From assembly GCF_001194135.2 (NCBI RefSeq), contig NC_068993.1, positions 22,882,723 to 22,942,725 of the forward strand: DNA of 60,003 nucleotides. The letters run 5' to 3'. This stretch comes from Octopus bimaculoides. Lineage: Eukaryota. Below the pieces are notes generated by a model, which was not told where the DNA came from, ran no database searches, and saw only the letters and a list, made by a program, of their open reading frames with translations. The position numbers and the translations under genes were made by a program. This document shows, piece after piece, positions 37,900-51,690 of this stretch (position 1 is the stretch's first letter; every line of letters starts with the position of its first letter).

Positions 37900-38860
37900 T
37901 ATAAGGAGTGAAATAAGATCGCTTGCCGAGTATTTGATAAATAGTGATGAAGAGCTGCTGCAATATGCCGCAAAATATGTGGGTATAAATGTAGATGAAA
38001 TGATGGGCAAGGAAGAGTTTAATTAAAGAGCTGAGTAGAAGACAGTAGAAGACCTTCTTGACATAAGAATGCATGGACAGTTTGAAAGGAATACACAGAA
38101 CGTTGGGGGATAATACAGCGTCGTGATCATGGTTTGAGCGAGCTGATTTGAAGCGTACCACCGAAAGCCTGATCATTGATGCATAAGACCAGGCGCTTGC
38201 TACCAATTTAGTGAAGTATAACATCTATAAAACTTCTGACACCCTATGGAAAGAGTGTGGATGTGAGAGCCTTGCACAAAAAGAATACAATCGCTACCAC
38301 GATAAAATGTGTGTGCATTATCATTGGCTCTTTTGCCGTAAATACCAATATGAAGTAACAGAGGACTGGTATGAGCATGTACCGAGTAAAATTATGCAGG
38401 CGGATGGAAAAGTAACAACACTGTGGGAATATGATTTTCAGACGGATCGTGTAATCGAACACCGTCGGCCTGATATTGTCATATTGAGTAAGAGAGACAA
38501 ATACTGTCAGATCATTGGTGCAACCACACCAAATGACATGAATATTATAAGTAAAGAGGTTGAAAAAAATCACGAAGTACTCCGAATAGAAGGTGGAAAT
38601 GGCAAGATTGTATGGAAAGCGAGAGGGTAATCTAAATATGATACTAGTGGTGATGGAGCGTTGGACTCAATCTCATTGAAACTTTGAGACTTCTTAAGGC
38701 AACTGGAAATCTCATGTAAAATTTATGTCTTGCAAAGAGCAGCCTTATTGGGCACAGCGCACATCTTATGGAAAGTATTATCTGTCTGAGGCCCTTGTTG
38801 TGAGTTGACAGATGACTAAAGACTTCGGTGCATTTTTAGCTACACTGTGTTACGAGGGAA

Positions 38861-38893
<33 letters not shown>
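37900..38893 (+). mobile_element. R4/Dong 3' end, distinct family with (GTA)n tail
   Basis: RMHGQF, LKRTTESLI, HDKMCVHYHWLFC, FQTDRVIEHRRPDIVI, LGTAHILWKVLSV*, short UTR, then gtagtagtag. Confidence 0.88.
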
Positions 38894-38899
38894 CAGTAA

Positions 38900-39117
38900 T
38901 AAAAATATTCAGACAAATATATAACAAAAACACCAGGACTTACAAATATGTGTAACATACACAATATTGCACTACTGGGCACTGCACACATTCTACGCAA
39001 AACACTTTCAATACAGTAACCATAAGAGCATCACAACAAACCACAGCACATATCCAAGGCACACAGAGCTGCGCTCGGTAGTGAACTGAAAGCATGCTAT
39101 AAAAATAAAACTACTGA

Positions 39118-39120
<3 letters not shown>
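38900..39120 (+). mobile_element. R4/Dong extreme 3' end (same family as 24320-24545)
   Basis: Near-identical to 24320-24545; ends ctactgaatgataataat. Confidence 0.9.
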
Positions 39121-39408
<288 letters not shown>

Positions 39409-39409
39409 G

Positions 39410-40200
39410 GAATGTGTATAGATGGAAATAAAAAGCCTAGTAGAATATTTACAGAGCAGCATACAAAAACTACTAAAGACAATAAAGAACAGGTGATCAA
39501 GCGCGTGATACAAGAAACGGAATTGAAGGAAATACAGAGAGAGCACATCAGACAGCTTCAAGAGAAACCCTTGCATGGCCAATTTTGGAGAGCCACTGAA
39601 GACGTACGTGGAAGAAAATTCTGGGCTTGGTTATAAAATAGGCAGTTAAAAAAAGAAAACAGGGACCCTAATTGTAGCAGACTAAGATCAAGCGATAAAA
39701 ACAAACAACTTGATAAAAAATATGTATGGAGAGAATGTGTCAGAAAAATGTAGAATGCAGAACGCCTCAAGCTGACACAGGATGAATATAAGAAATGGAG
39801 GTGCGACAAGGTTGTAAAAGGTTTACACTGGAAGTCGAAAGAGTACTGGATTAGGATAACTGTAAGATTTTGTGGGACTTTCCTACTCAAACGGTCAAGA
39901 CTTTAGAAAATAATAGACTTGACATAGCAATTTTAGATAATTAAAAGCGAAGTTGCTTACTGATCGACTCATCATGTAAAAAAACCCAATAAAAAAACCC
40001 CCTAAAACACAAAAATAAGCCTTTAAAATTTGAAATATAAAGAATTTTGAGGACGAGAAGAGTAAAGGTAGAACTGCCGCAGAAAGATTGTTTCTTAGAG
40101 ACAGCAATGATTATCGGGAGGGTTCTAAGTACTTCAGTGACTGCTCAAAACTTTGGATACCTAAGATTACAGGTAGTAACACACAACCCATATAAATCCT
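39410..40200 (+). mobile_element. Older, decayed R4/Dong C-terminal fragment
   Basis: LQEKPLHGQFWR...WAWL motif; downstream sequence heavily disrupted. Confidence 0.7.
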
Positions 40201-40609
40201 ACCAGGAATAAAAAGCAAACCTGAGTCAAACCAAAATAGCAATTTGTAGCTTGGACACAAGGTCACTAATTATGATTTAGATATGTCCGAATATATGTAC
40301 TTTAGTACGAAACAAAGTATTTTACTTGCTCAGGACTCAAGAGAGGGAGGATTCACGATTTTCACCCTGAATCCGATGGAATGTGACTAAATAGTGTTAC
40401 TAAATCTATTTGGTTCTTCGGTTAACCGAATTTCTTTCCAAAGCGTTTTCTTCTATTATTGCTACAAGAACAAGAGCAACAAAGACAAGTACTGCTACTG
40501 CTACTGTTGTTAATGATGATGATGATGTTACTGGTGATGCCACTCCTACTACTAGTACAACCGCTGGTACTACCATTAATATTGATATTACCCATAAATT
40601 TGCTGCTGC

Positions 40610-40612
40610 AGG

Positions 40613-40691
<79 letters not shown>

Positions 40692-40850
40692 GCTACTTTT
40701 GAACAAAGGTTGATGGTCATATTTTTGCGGAAGAGGATCCATAGACATGAGAGAATGAGGAGCAAAGTTAACCACAACTAGATTTGAACTCATCGCGTAA
40801 AAGCTAGAATATTTACCAATCCTCTTTCTGCCAATCCATTGCTCCTGCTA

Positions 40851-40912
<62 letters not shown>
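40610..40912. repeat. (CTA)n (40610-40692) and (TAG)n (40850-40912) microsatellites in inverted orientation
   Basis: Direct reading. Confidence 0.9.
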
Positions 40913-40913
<1 letters not shown>

Positions 40914-41439
40914 AGTTACAAAGAAGAATATTCGGAAATGAGATGTAAATAGAATGATTGTACAAGTAAGATGAAAAACGGAGAAAGAGAGGATAAAATA
41001 AGAGAGGATGTAAATGCGAATCAATTTCAATCTCTTTTGACAACTAAATCAGGCCAGGCCAACAATATTTTGGCAACGAGTATAGCAGTTATCGATTTTT
41101 GCAACGTACCAGTGTCTGATGATTGGTGATTAGTTGAAAGGGGCAGCACTTGGACGTAGATTTAGTCGGAATATAGTCACTTTTCAACTGATTTAGGCTG
41201 ACCTCAGTTACATCAAATAGTCATTTATTTTTCATACAGTTATATATATACACTTACTCAAAGGCATACATACATACATGCATACGTATATGTACACATA
41301 CACACATATATGCCCAGGAATGTAAAAAGAAACATACATACGCGCGCATGCACACACATACACTCACACACACATTCACACACGTATTTACACCCACACA
41401 TATATGCGCGCGTGTGCGTGTGCGTGTGCGGGATTGTCT

Positions 41440-41650
41440 CATTGTGTCTGTGTTTGTGCCCCACCAGTAACCGGTGTTGATGAGTTTGCGTTACTTTGAA
41501 CTAGTAGTTTGGCAAAAGAGATCGATGGAATAAGCATCAGGCTTTAAAAAAATTAGTGTCGATGTCGATTCTTTCGACTATAATAATTCTTCAAAGCAGT
41601 GCCCCAGCGTGGCCGCAGTCTAATAGCTGAAAGAAGTAAAAGGATGAAAA
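41440..41650 (+). mobile_element. SINE 3' body/tail (family of 4771-5130)
   Basis: ccggtgttg...ggcaaaagagatcgatggaataagc...gtgccccagcgtggccgcagtc...gctgaaa. Confidence 0.7.
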
Positions 41651-41835
41651 GATCAACGTATATGTCCATACATGCACACATACATATATACACACATACA
41701 CAAAAAGAATCATGGGCAGTAGGGCTTCGAAATCATATTCTAAGTATTTGTTCTGGCTCTTTACGTTGTGATTCCAAATTCTGTTTAAATTAACTTCGGC
41801 TTTAACCCTCTTCTGATAGATAAAGTATAAATATA

Positions 41836-42302
41836 CTAGGGCTAAATAGCAGTACTATTATTCCCTTCAGGGGACTGTCACATTAAGTTGACAGCATACA
41901 ACTACTTCATCGTATCACTACTGCATAAATCTCTCTGAGAAATTTAGAAATGTATTATTTCTATTTTTGAAATCAGTGAATGTATTTCACTAGAATAATT
42001 ATATGTTTACAAGAGCTAGATAGGCATCTCCAACTAGCAAGCCATGCTACTCCAGACTGAAGATCAGCAATGACTCAGAAACTAGTCGCTGGANNNNNNN
42101 NNNNNNNNNNNNNNNNNNNNNNNNNNNNNNNNNNNNNNNNNNNNNNNNNNNNNNNNNNNNNNNNNNNNNNNTTGTAAACATAAGGACACAGAAAATGTGT
42201 CAAGGCTGACAGGAAGCGGTCCTGCTTCCTAGGTCTAAATATTAGTAGTATTATTCCCTTCATGGGACTGTCACATTAAGTTGACATCATACAACTACTT
42301 CA
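41836..42302 (-). repeat. 74-bp direct repeats (41836-41909, 42229-42302) with hammerhead-like remnants
   Basis: Both copies read tgacagtcc(cCTGA/CATGA)agggaataatag... on the minus strand; an N-gap lies between them. Confidence 0.7.
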
Positions 42303-42658
42303 ATATCAGAAGCTATTCTGGAAAGGGGGAGATACAGGAAGTATAAAGGGAAATATAAGGGTAAAAAATAAAGATGTATGTTGGGTGCTAAGCTTGTTCC
42401 ATTATACAAAGAATGTGTATGATGAGTAAAAAGTATTGTTGTTTGTAGTAGGTTCCGATAGGTGTTCATATTTTGTTATTACACGTGTAATTATATGTGT
42501 AATAACAAAATATGATGAAGCACCCACACACGGGGCATTGTTGAAAAATATTTAAATATGTAATAATCTCACCAAATTAAAACTCGTATGCAGTGCAGAA
42601 ACAGATGTTGCGATCTACTATCAAAGTCTCAAGTTATATATTATTCACTCTCTCTCTA

Positions 42659-42704
<46 letters not shown>

Positions 42705-43460
42705 GCAGACACACATATACATGTCTGTGTGTGTACATATATATATACTATGAACTAAGAAGAACCTGTGCTGAAAGCAGAGTTGTTTCTAATAAGTAGA
42801 AATATGTGTTTATGTCTGTATTAGTTGGATTGGCTATAAATATATATATGGGTCTAAAGAAAACATTTGGTGATCAGGTATGTTGTTTATAGCTAGAATA
42901 AGAGACTATTTATGTTGAACTGATAGTAATCAATAACTGAAGCTATAGGGCGTCACCCAATCAATATTTCCTTCACGTGCTTTGTACAATTAGCTCAAGT
43001 GTCACGTCGGTTGAAAGACAATGTTCGCCAACTAACCAGATTTCATTTATCAAATTATTACGCTAAGAATGGCACTGGTATATGCACACGAATATGATTA
43101 TACAGACATACACATATATTCCTACAAACGTGTTAAAAATCGTATAAATGCACACACAATCTCCAAAGAATGACATAAATAGAAAGCTGACCATAGTTTA
43201 GTTTGCTTGAATATACAGAATATTTAACAGATTTGAGAATGTCAAAGAAAGAGTGGTCTCAATATACTGTATAATAGCAATTATGTTGTAAGCAATGATA
43301 AAGGACTATTCTTCACAGTGGGCAGTGTTTTCATGATGGACGTGTACTTTCAAAATGTCTATGAAACCGCATCGCGGATAAAACTACTGTAATGTAACTG
43401 ACGTTGCAATAATATGAATTATATATATACACGTACGCACATATACACAATCATATATAA

Positions 43461-43606
43461 TGTGTCGATAAGCCAGCTGGAGGAGATGTTCTCCTGGAGC
43501 TAAAAGCAACAGTAACATCCACCCTTAGGGGTCAGCCACATTTAAATGGCAAATATACTTCACTTTATCGTGCAGTTACTGTTAACACCTCGTTCAGAGA
43601 TTTAAC

Positions 43607-43608
<2 letters not shown>
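43461..43608 (+). mobile_element. Dispersed partial copy of the 351-bp retrozyme-like unit
   Basis: Matches 14170-14316 with about 8 substitutions and 1 indel; flanked by TA-rich repeats. Confidence 0.9.
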
Positions 43609-43641
<33 letters not shown>

Positions 43642-44419
43642 TGTGTGTGTGTGTGTGTGTGTATGATTGTATACATATACTTGCTTAAATACCACAGTCC
43701 AGAGGCATGTGCATAAGTACAGAATATTCTAGATGTACATGCTGACTTTCATATATACATATATACGTTTGATTCTCAGTTGACAAGTTACAACAGTGTT
43801 ATAGTTTGCATGTTATCGCATGCTGTTGTAAAGAGTTATACTGCTTTAATCAACGTCTTTTGTCAAACGATTTCAAAGTATTGTTTGTATGTTTGCAAAA
43901 ACATTTCCAGGTTTATGGCGTACACGTATTCGTGGAGAGATATACTTTACACACATGTAACAAGCAATCCCTTGCCCACATTCAAAACTTCAATGAGCTC
44001 ATGAGTTTTCATGGTAATTGTTAACACACAATGTCCTGTTAAGGATTCAATTGTTAATTCAACAGTAGCGTTTTAAAGCTTGTACACCGGCACATAACGA
44101 TTCATCCATTGTACCTCTCTTAAAAAGAAACGTAAAATTTCAAAGCGGTACTTTATAAATCTCTTTTCCTTTATGTCGTATCAACTTTGAACAGTATAAA
44201 GAGTGAATGTAAATATTGCCTGAACTAAAGCCAAGGAATGAAAACTAGTGCCAGGGATTAGCTATATTTTTTTAGTAATTTCATCTGGAAGCTAAGTGTT
44301 CTCTATCTCTACTTGTGCAAAAATGGTTTAAAATTAAGCTTCTTCATTAAACATCATTAAACATGCTTTAGACCCCCCCCCCCTTTGATATATAAAAGAA
44401 ATTGTTCTATACAGTGCTC

Positions 44420-46330
44420 TGATGCCCTACAACTAAGAAAAAAATACCCATCAGGTGTACTGTTATTGGATTTCAGGAAGCATGGCAGTTTTGAAGGATG
44501 TGGTGCCTCGACACCTATCCATGCTTCGACAAAGCTGAGCTTGAAAAACTGTTCCTTAAAGTCATGGATGTTGTTTTTTTGATTTTGAAAGCATGTCCAC
44601 GGATGTTTGTCAAATGGAAATCAAAAAGGTGCCCAAGCTTGTTGGAAAGATGGTGAATAATCTTGTGGCTGTCTACCATGTGAGTTGCCAGACGTCTACG
44701 CTTCAATATGTCCATGCCCAGAGAAGCAAAAGGTACAGAGTATGGGAGATGTCTAATGACGGGTATTCGTTGCGATGCCTGTTTCTGAACAGTTTCCAGA
44801 TTTATATGTTGAACGTGATAGGGTTTCCAGACTGGTGGTATGAATTCTAAGTGTGGCCGTACCATTGTCACAAACAATTTTAAATAGAAGCTGGAGAGCA
44901 GCTGACAAATGTCTTACTGAGGGATGCTAGGTCATGCTCAGCCTTCTTGACAATCTTAGAGAGGTGGTTTGTCCAACTTAAACCGCTGTTTACAATAATA
45001 CATAGATCAGGTTCACTAGAAGACTTCGTGAGATTGGTACTGCTGAAGGAGTATGTAAAGGCTAGGCTTTTCCTCCCAACGTGTATGGTAACGCACTTGT
45101 CCACAAAAAGCTTGAGTTGCCAGTCAGAAATCTCTTACTGCATTGTGTCCAGATCTGTTTGCAGGAAAAAATCTATAGCGCATAAGAACTGTTCTTTTTA
45201 TATCTAGGTACAGCTTGATGCCACTTGCTTATTTCAACACTGTAACATTCCTCAAGCTGACATCTATATCATAAATATACGCAACAAGCAGCAGAGGTCC
45301 ATGAACGGATCGCTGTGGTACACCAGGTCCCAGAACCGTAACTACCTATTTCCGACCGAGAATGAAAGACCAGCCAGTTATAGAGATCATCTTTCGCAAC
45401 CATTGCAGAGAGTTTTGCCATGAGTGGTTTGTGCGGCACAGAATTGAAGGCTTTAGCAATGTCAAGGTAGATAACATCGACCCATTTGCCGCCATCAGTA
45501 ACTTGGGTTATGTCTTCAAGGAACTCGATGAGTTGGCTACAGCAGCTGGAGTTAGGGATAAATCCAAATTGTCATGATCGAATGAGGCTGTGAGAGCATC
45601 AGAAGTTCCATTGTTTCTCTGACACATGACTCCATCAGCTTGGCGATGCAGCTATTGAAGTTGACTAGATGGTAGTTGATAGGTGATGTGTGATCACCTT
45701 TTTTGAACAGGGGAACGACACAGGCAGTTCTCCATTGCTCTGGAGTAACACAGTCATTAAGGTAGAATTGAAAGAAGGATGAAAGTTATGATTTGTTCAG
45801 ATCATCACAAGAAATTGCTGCAATGTTGGACCGAATGTAGATCATCACACCCATCTCTATGACGTTTAGCACGGTCTTTGCTAAACAAAGTTGTAACCAA
45901 CTATGCTAAAACACTATCACAGAGTAGAGAGTGTGCCCTCGTTTCTGTGACTGTGAGCAAATCGGGGTCAATACTTTTGATGTAGGAGTAGGAAAAAAAG
46001 TGCACCTCGTTGCACAAACTTTGGGGATTCAGGGATAAGAATTTGAGACAGGATTTAATACGATAATGAATGTATTTAAGAGATGAACTATGTTTTGTTG
46101 TTAAGTGGTAACATTGATGATAGTATTTGCTCGGTGCTATATGAGTGGAGTGGTGTTCTAGTGGATGGTGGTGGGTGTCGGTTCCTACAGTTCTGGATAT
46201 GCGACGTCGGATCCCCAAATTTAGATCAGCCTTCATATTTTCCAGGTAATTTAATGAAAAAAAATTTAATTTCCTCTTTGGTTTATCTTATGTGGCATTG
46301 CGATATTTTTGTAATTCTTTCTTCTTTGGT
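44420..46330 (-). mobile_element. CR1-clade LINE, decayed and internally deleted
   Basis: APE LSLNPQSLCN..DLLTVTET; RT QFGF, LDIAKAFNSVPH; tail VRPHLEF.PPVWKPY...LETVQK..LKRRR. Confidence 0.85.
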
Positions 46331-46859
46331 TGGTGTTGATGTTTAGAGATTGATTGTTGTTTTGTTTTGGTTTTGTTACACTTCCCTGTTGCACTTTATA
46401 GCGGGAGAAAGGGAGAACAGCCAACTTCTGTTAGTAGAGATTTGCGAAGAAGTTAACACGTTTGAAATTTTCAAAAGTGGACATTGCAAACCGTCACTAT
46501 TTATAACTTAAACACATTATGCTAGCAAATCATGTTACAATTCATAACCAAACAACATTGTGCGTATAATCGCGCGCGGAATAATTGCGCGCGCAAGCGT
46601 GTGGTATTATTAAGGATTCAGTGCTAGATTTTCACTCAGCCGTTCTATTTTTGATTTGCCTTAATTATGACAAGGAAATCAAAGATAAAGCTGGAATTAT
46701 TCCATATCAACAATCATTTCTGCAGGAAGAATAATTAGTAATTGCAATCATTATTGGTGTTGCCGCTCTTATGTTCTGTTCATTTTTTTATTTCTGTTAG
46801 CAATAAACAAATATCACTGAGTTATGAAACTTGAAATTGAAATTCATCATTAGCTTTTG

Positions 46860-47960
46860 TAGTTAGACGTTACTGTTGTGCTTGTTATTGCTGTTGGTAT
46901 TTAGGGATGATGTGATTTACAAAATTGCTGGTGTTTTAGTTGATTTTTTTTTAATTCTTGGAGATAGCTGTTGTATCCTTGGTACGTTTTGCATAAAGAA
47001 AGACTGTTTGCATGTAGAACCAGGTGCAGTACAGGCTCAATATTCTATTTTGAGATATCACACGACAATGATAGAAGTTTAGTAGTTGAAGAGGTCTAGT
47101 ATTTTTGTCCTGAAAAGGAAGGTTATTTATAACATTGTCCAGTTGAATATGTGCGTTCATATTGACATGGTGAGACCTGGTATCTTAGCGGCCTTCATAC
47201 TTATAGTTGCAGGGATACATTATTGTTTTATTGCTATAGGTAGTGTTTGTGTTATTGAAGGAGAGAAGATTGTCATTATCACATTGATGTATGTTGCGCA
47301 ATCTTTTAATGGAATGAGTGAAGTTTTGACATGAGGTATCTGGATGTTAGTGAATGATGCTTAAATATTTTAGGTTAGAGAGAAGAGCAACGATTTTAGC
47401 TGTGACCTCATCTGCGTGTTTCATATTTAGGATTGAATATGAAAAAATGAAGATATAAACAAAATATAATGTAGGATTACATTATACTTAGTTACTACTT
47501 TTTAGGACATCAGGTTCTGATTTAAATATAATTCAGTTGCCATTTCTAACAGGTTGATCACCCTGTTATTTTGGTTGATTTGGTATTGATGTGCCATCAC
47601 ATCATCAATGGTGTTGTTTATTTCAATGTCAGCTCTTATCCAAATGACTTATGGCCAAAAGTATTCCAAACACAATCACTTCATCCAGTTTTTTGCATAT
47701 CAAGCATAATCTTGTTCGATGTATCGTTTTGTAGTCGACTGTGACTTGAGAGAGATGTTGCTGTTAATTTTAGTAGATCGAATGACCGCTTAGAGGACCT
47801 CCTGTTCGCACATTATTGTTATTGAATCTTTCGGATGTGATATATTGTTGATTTTGTTGTAAGATACATTGTTGTTGCTGTCATGTTATAACTGGTTTCA
47901 CCATGATATTTGTCTGTATGGTATTATTGGTTATTTTACGTGAAATTGGTGCTAATAGCG
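46860..47960 (-). mobile_element. Highly decayed PLE RT/endonuclease
   Basis: GGPLSG, WIRADI...IDD, INLLE-like remnants; many stops. Confidence 0.4.
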
Positions 47961-49239
47961 ATTATAGATATTGTTCTTTCTTGAGTAGGTCAGTAAGCTA
48001 CAATCCGATCACATCATGATAACGTCATAAAATGGCAACTTATTACAGATCCCAAACTTTCGCTCAAATACAAATACTATTCGCTGTAGCACATATATCT
48101 GCAAGAAAAATCACTTCATATATGTTTGTGTGAGTGTTTCTATGTGTGTGTATGATTAGTATAGTTAATATATATATATATGTCCGGGTTCACACAGACA
48201 GACACACGCGCGTACATGCGCGCAGAAACCCGCACAATACGCACGCACACACACGCATGCACGCGCACACACATTGATATAGATATAAGTGAGAGTCTAG
48301 ATACTTTCGTGCGAACACAACGGAAGCAGATGTATATATTTTATTGGAATTTGAAACTTCATAGGTAGTTATCCCAAGTTTCTTGTTTCCGATTTCCATA
48401 TTATTAAGAAAAGCGGAAGATAAAATGGTATAGACATACAGGATATGCTTAAGTTATGGAAGTAGCTTTGATTAGGTAAAACGGAAGTATAACTGGGTGT
48501 AATTGGTTGAAATTATAACTGATATTTGGGACTTTAGGAAATGATTGTGTGATGTTAGTATTAGCTAGTTTGAGGAAAAAAATTCAGTTGTATTAATATA
48601 TGTACGATTGATGTGCAAAAGTACTATGAGAGAAGGAAATAACCCATAAGCTGAAATGTTTCCCTAGAACATTCTCCGACAACGGTCGCAGAAACGACGG
48701 GTAAAAAGATTTTCACAGAAACAACATTTTCAAGTAGAATTCGAAAGACTCAATGCATTAAAATGGGCCAAAATAAAAGTTGTGCCAAGATTTAGATTTA
48801 AACCGAAAAACAAGATTATCAAAATATTTCTTTATTGTAATATATTTATATCTCCTCTTCCAACTCATTTTTACCATGCTACTATTTATAACTGCATACT
48901 GATTATTCCAGTAATTTGGCGAAAAATATGAGATCCGTTCGCTCATTATGTTGTTCTTCTTTTTGCAAGATCTATAATAAAGTTGAAGTTTATAGTCATT
49001 CATTAGAAAAAATATATTTTAACAAAAATGCAGGTATAATTTCTTTAATACTTGTTTATATATATATTTTCATATATATATATGTGTTTGTTTGTATGTT
49101 CGTGTGCGTGCGTGTGTGCATGTATCCGTGTGTGCGCCTGTGTACGTGCGTGTGTGTGAGCGTGTGTGTGTACACAGGAAATTTAACTTTCATATTGGCT
49201 TTGGTCTACTAGCAGCTATTTAATCGAAAAATTATATAA

Positions 49240-49272
49240 TATTTTACTGCATGTTCTTTTTGCAGGTAAGAG
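49240..49272 (+). promoter_or_regulatory. Juxtaposed acceptor/donor (candidate recursive splice site)
   Basis: tgttctttttgcag|gtaagag; junction at 49265/49266. Confidence 0.3.
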
Positions 49273-50869
49273 TTAGATTCGTAAACTGACAGACAAAATT
49301 TTTAAGTGTTTGAGTTGTTATAATGAAAAGAGTACGCTATATGCATTGAGGTGTACAAAGGTTTTGGGGTATATCTCCGCTACAATGTCTAGTATTTTAG
49401 TGATGACTATGTGAAATAAAAAAGTATACATGCGTCAATTCTTAAATACAGGAAGTGAATTCCAAGATAATAACTGAATGCGATATATTGGGAATGATGT
49501 AAACGAATTGTGTAATATGAAGGGCTAATGGTGATTTAGTTTAGGTAAGATGCAGAAAACTGTGAAAGAGTAAATAGAGTGGGAAAATGTCGAGAGCGGT
49601 GGGTTTGTTAATGATACTGGGCTAACATGTGTTCCAATCGATTACTAAGAAATTAATAGATTAAGCCATAGACCAATGTAACCAGACACATTGAAGGTCA
49701 ACGATCCACGTACATAAAACGCAAATCCGTACCCACCAGGAAACAGTTCTTCAAAGTTTTGGTTTTATGTTTTTTACAGAAGACCGCGTATCTTTGTATT
49801 TTATTAATTAACCTGTCGGCTGACCTTCGTGCACTATGCCTTACTCAGATTTCTGCAACAAGTCTTATTCAGACTTCACGCACCAAGTTTTACTTAGATA
49901 TCCTACACCAAATTTTACTCTGATTTCCAACACCAAGTCTTCCTCCTATTTCCTGTTTAAATTTTTAGCAATTTCGCTATCACCTCCGTTGCACGATTTA
50001 AATCATTAAATGTTGCATCACAATGATTCGAAAGAACCACACACTTTAGTAGTCATCAGCTTTCTGTATGAAAGATTTACTGTCCAATATGTCTGCTTCT
50101 TATATGATAGTACTGTATGCTTTTGAGATAGATTTGGATAACACTAAATTGAGTGACAACCTAGGAGCTACATTTCTGCTTCACATGGCCTTGTTTTCAT
50201 AATTCTTCTGAGAAAATAAAACAATTCTCCACTTATAAATTCATCTGCCTATTAAGGACATTATATAAGTGCTTACAGCACAGAGACCGGCGTACTGTCC
50301 AAAGATATATCTGTCTTTTCTTTGACTACCGCTACAAAAAAAAAAATGTTGATGCACGTGTCCTTGTTTCTAGAGCAGTCTTGGTGTATGTGTAGATTCT
50401 CAAATACTCATGCATAGATATGTACACACACATATTAAAAACATATATACAAACGCACACGCAAACACACACATATAAATACGAAAATGTGTCATCGATA
50501 GTTTAAAACATTCCATCCCTTAGGTATATATTTATAGATGTATATCAGTATTACAGATTTAGAAATGCGAGAATCGCTGTGCACACACACAGACACACAC
50601 GCGCACGCGGGCACACAGACATATACTAATACATGCTCACACGCATAAATACACACGTACATACATATATCTATTGTTGTAATCTTTAATGTTGGCTTGT
50701 TATACGCCCACTTTGGTATAGCAGTATAGTTAGTAAGACAAGTAGGACCACGACTGTCAATGACCGTCTGCATCATACTCTCTCCGTATACTGACCGGCG
50801 TCATCTTATTTATAGCGACTAGCGCATACCACTCCTCACGTGGGATGAGTGTATAATTATTACCATTAT

Positions 50870-51010
50870 CTCCAAAACATCTCCCTATTTAAGTTTTTCT
50901 TCTTAGAGAGTGCCATTTTATTTCTTTTGATTGCAATACATATTATATGACCCCACATTTTCAAGTGGTGTTCTCTGTCTATTATTTTAACTTCATCCCA
51001 CAGGGATGAA
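50870..51010 (-). mobile_element. PLE GIY-YIG C-terminal scrap
   Basis: LWDEVKIIDREHH matches the family at 29120-29170. Confidence 0.6.
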
Positions 51011-51074
51011 ATTTTGTCATCTCGGTTATATAGTTCGCTTTCACGTGTCCAATCTATCGTCAATGGAAGCATTT

Positions 51075-51475
51075 CGCTTTCTTAAATGGACAGTTTTTTC
51101 TTCAGGTGTAGACATCCACATGCAAAACATTGGGCTTGTTCTCTGATTCTTGTCCTGTTTGTACTGTATTTTAGTACACGCCTGATTTCTATTCTGCCTA
51201 TTTCGCACTTGTTTAACTCAATTTTTATGTTCAATTTTCTCTTTGTCGTGTTTTAAATTTACTATTCTTTCACACTCTTCTGATACTCATTATAAGGTTA
51301 CAGCTTGGTTTTGTTCCAGCTTAGCGAGAATTCTTGTTCTTATTTCTGTTCTGCGTCTTTTTTTGCAGTTAGTCTCAGAGTAAATATCAGGCACTTGAAG
51401 ATATCTGGCGTTAATTCGTCCAGCTTGAACCTTAAACATTCCCTGTTAATTCTACCAGCGTATGTGATGTAGATT
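51075..51475 (-). mobile_element. Gypsy LTR retrotransposon gag remnant
   Basis: YAGRINRECLRFKLDELTPDIFKCLIF, EIRTRILAKLEQ and a zinc-knuckle-like CFACGCLHLKKNCP. Confidence 0.65.
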
Positions 51476-51499
51476 TCATCATGTTGAACTGTTAATCCC

Positions 51500-51690
51500 T
51501 ACATATTTTTCTCTCTCTCTCCGTTTTTTCCCGTTCTCTATCCATCTTAAACTTTTCTGTCGAAGAGCGTAGTTTCTAAGCGACTAAGACCTTTCCATTC
51601 TTCCCGAACGTCAAAGATATACACTTGCTTGGTGTTCCTTCACTTGTCTTCGTCTTTTGTTTTTTTGTAAATTTGAATTATATGTATACG
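51500..51690 (+). mobile_element. Decayed PLE tail (family of 12965-13120)
   Basis: ttttctgtcgaagagcgtag...ttcccgaacgtcaaa...cttcgtcttttgttt. Confidence 0.55.

Noticed and set aside
40406-40793. Poly-Thr/Ser/Val 123-aa ORFs
   Set aside because: Translations of trinucleotide microsatellites.
41110-41155. CTGATGA...GAAA hammerhead-like motif
   Set aside because: No stem III or NUH triplet, and stem II is weak.
46571-46593. cgcgcgc/gcgcgcg hairpin as a Helitron 3' end
   Set aside because: No CTRR terminus at the expected distance; low-complexity CG.
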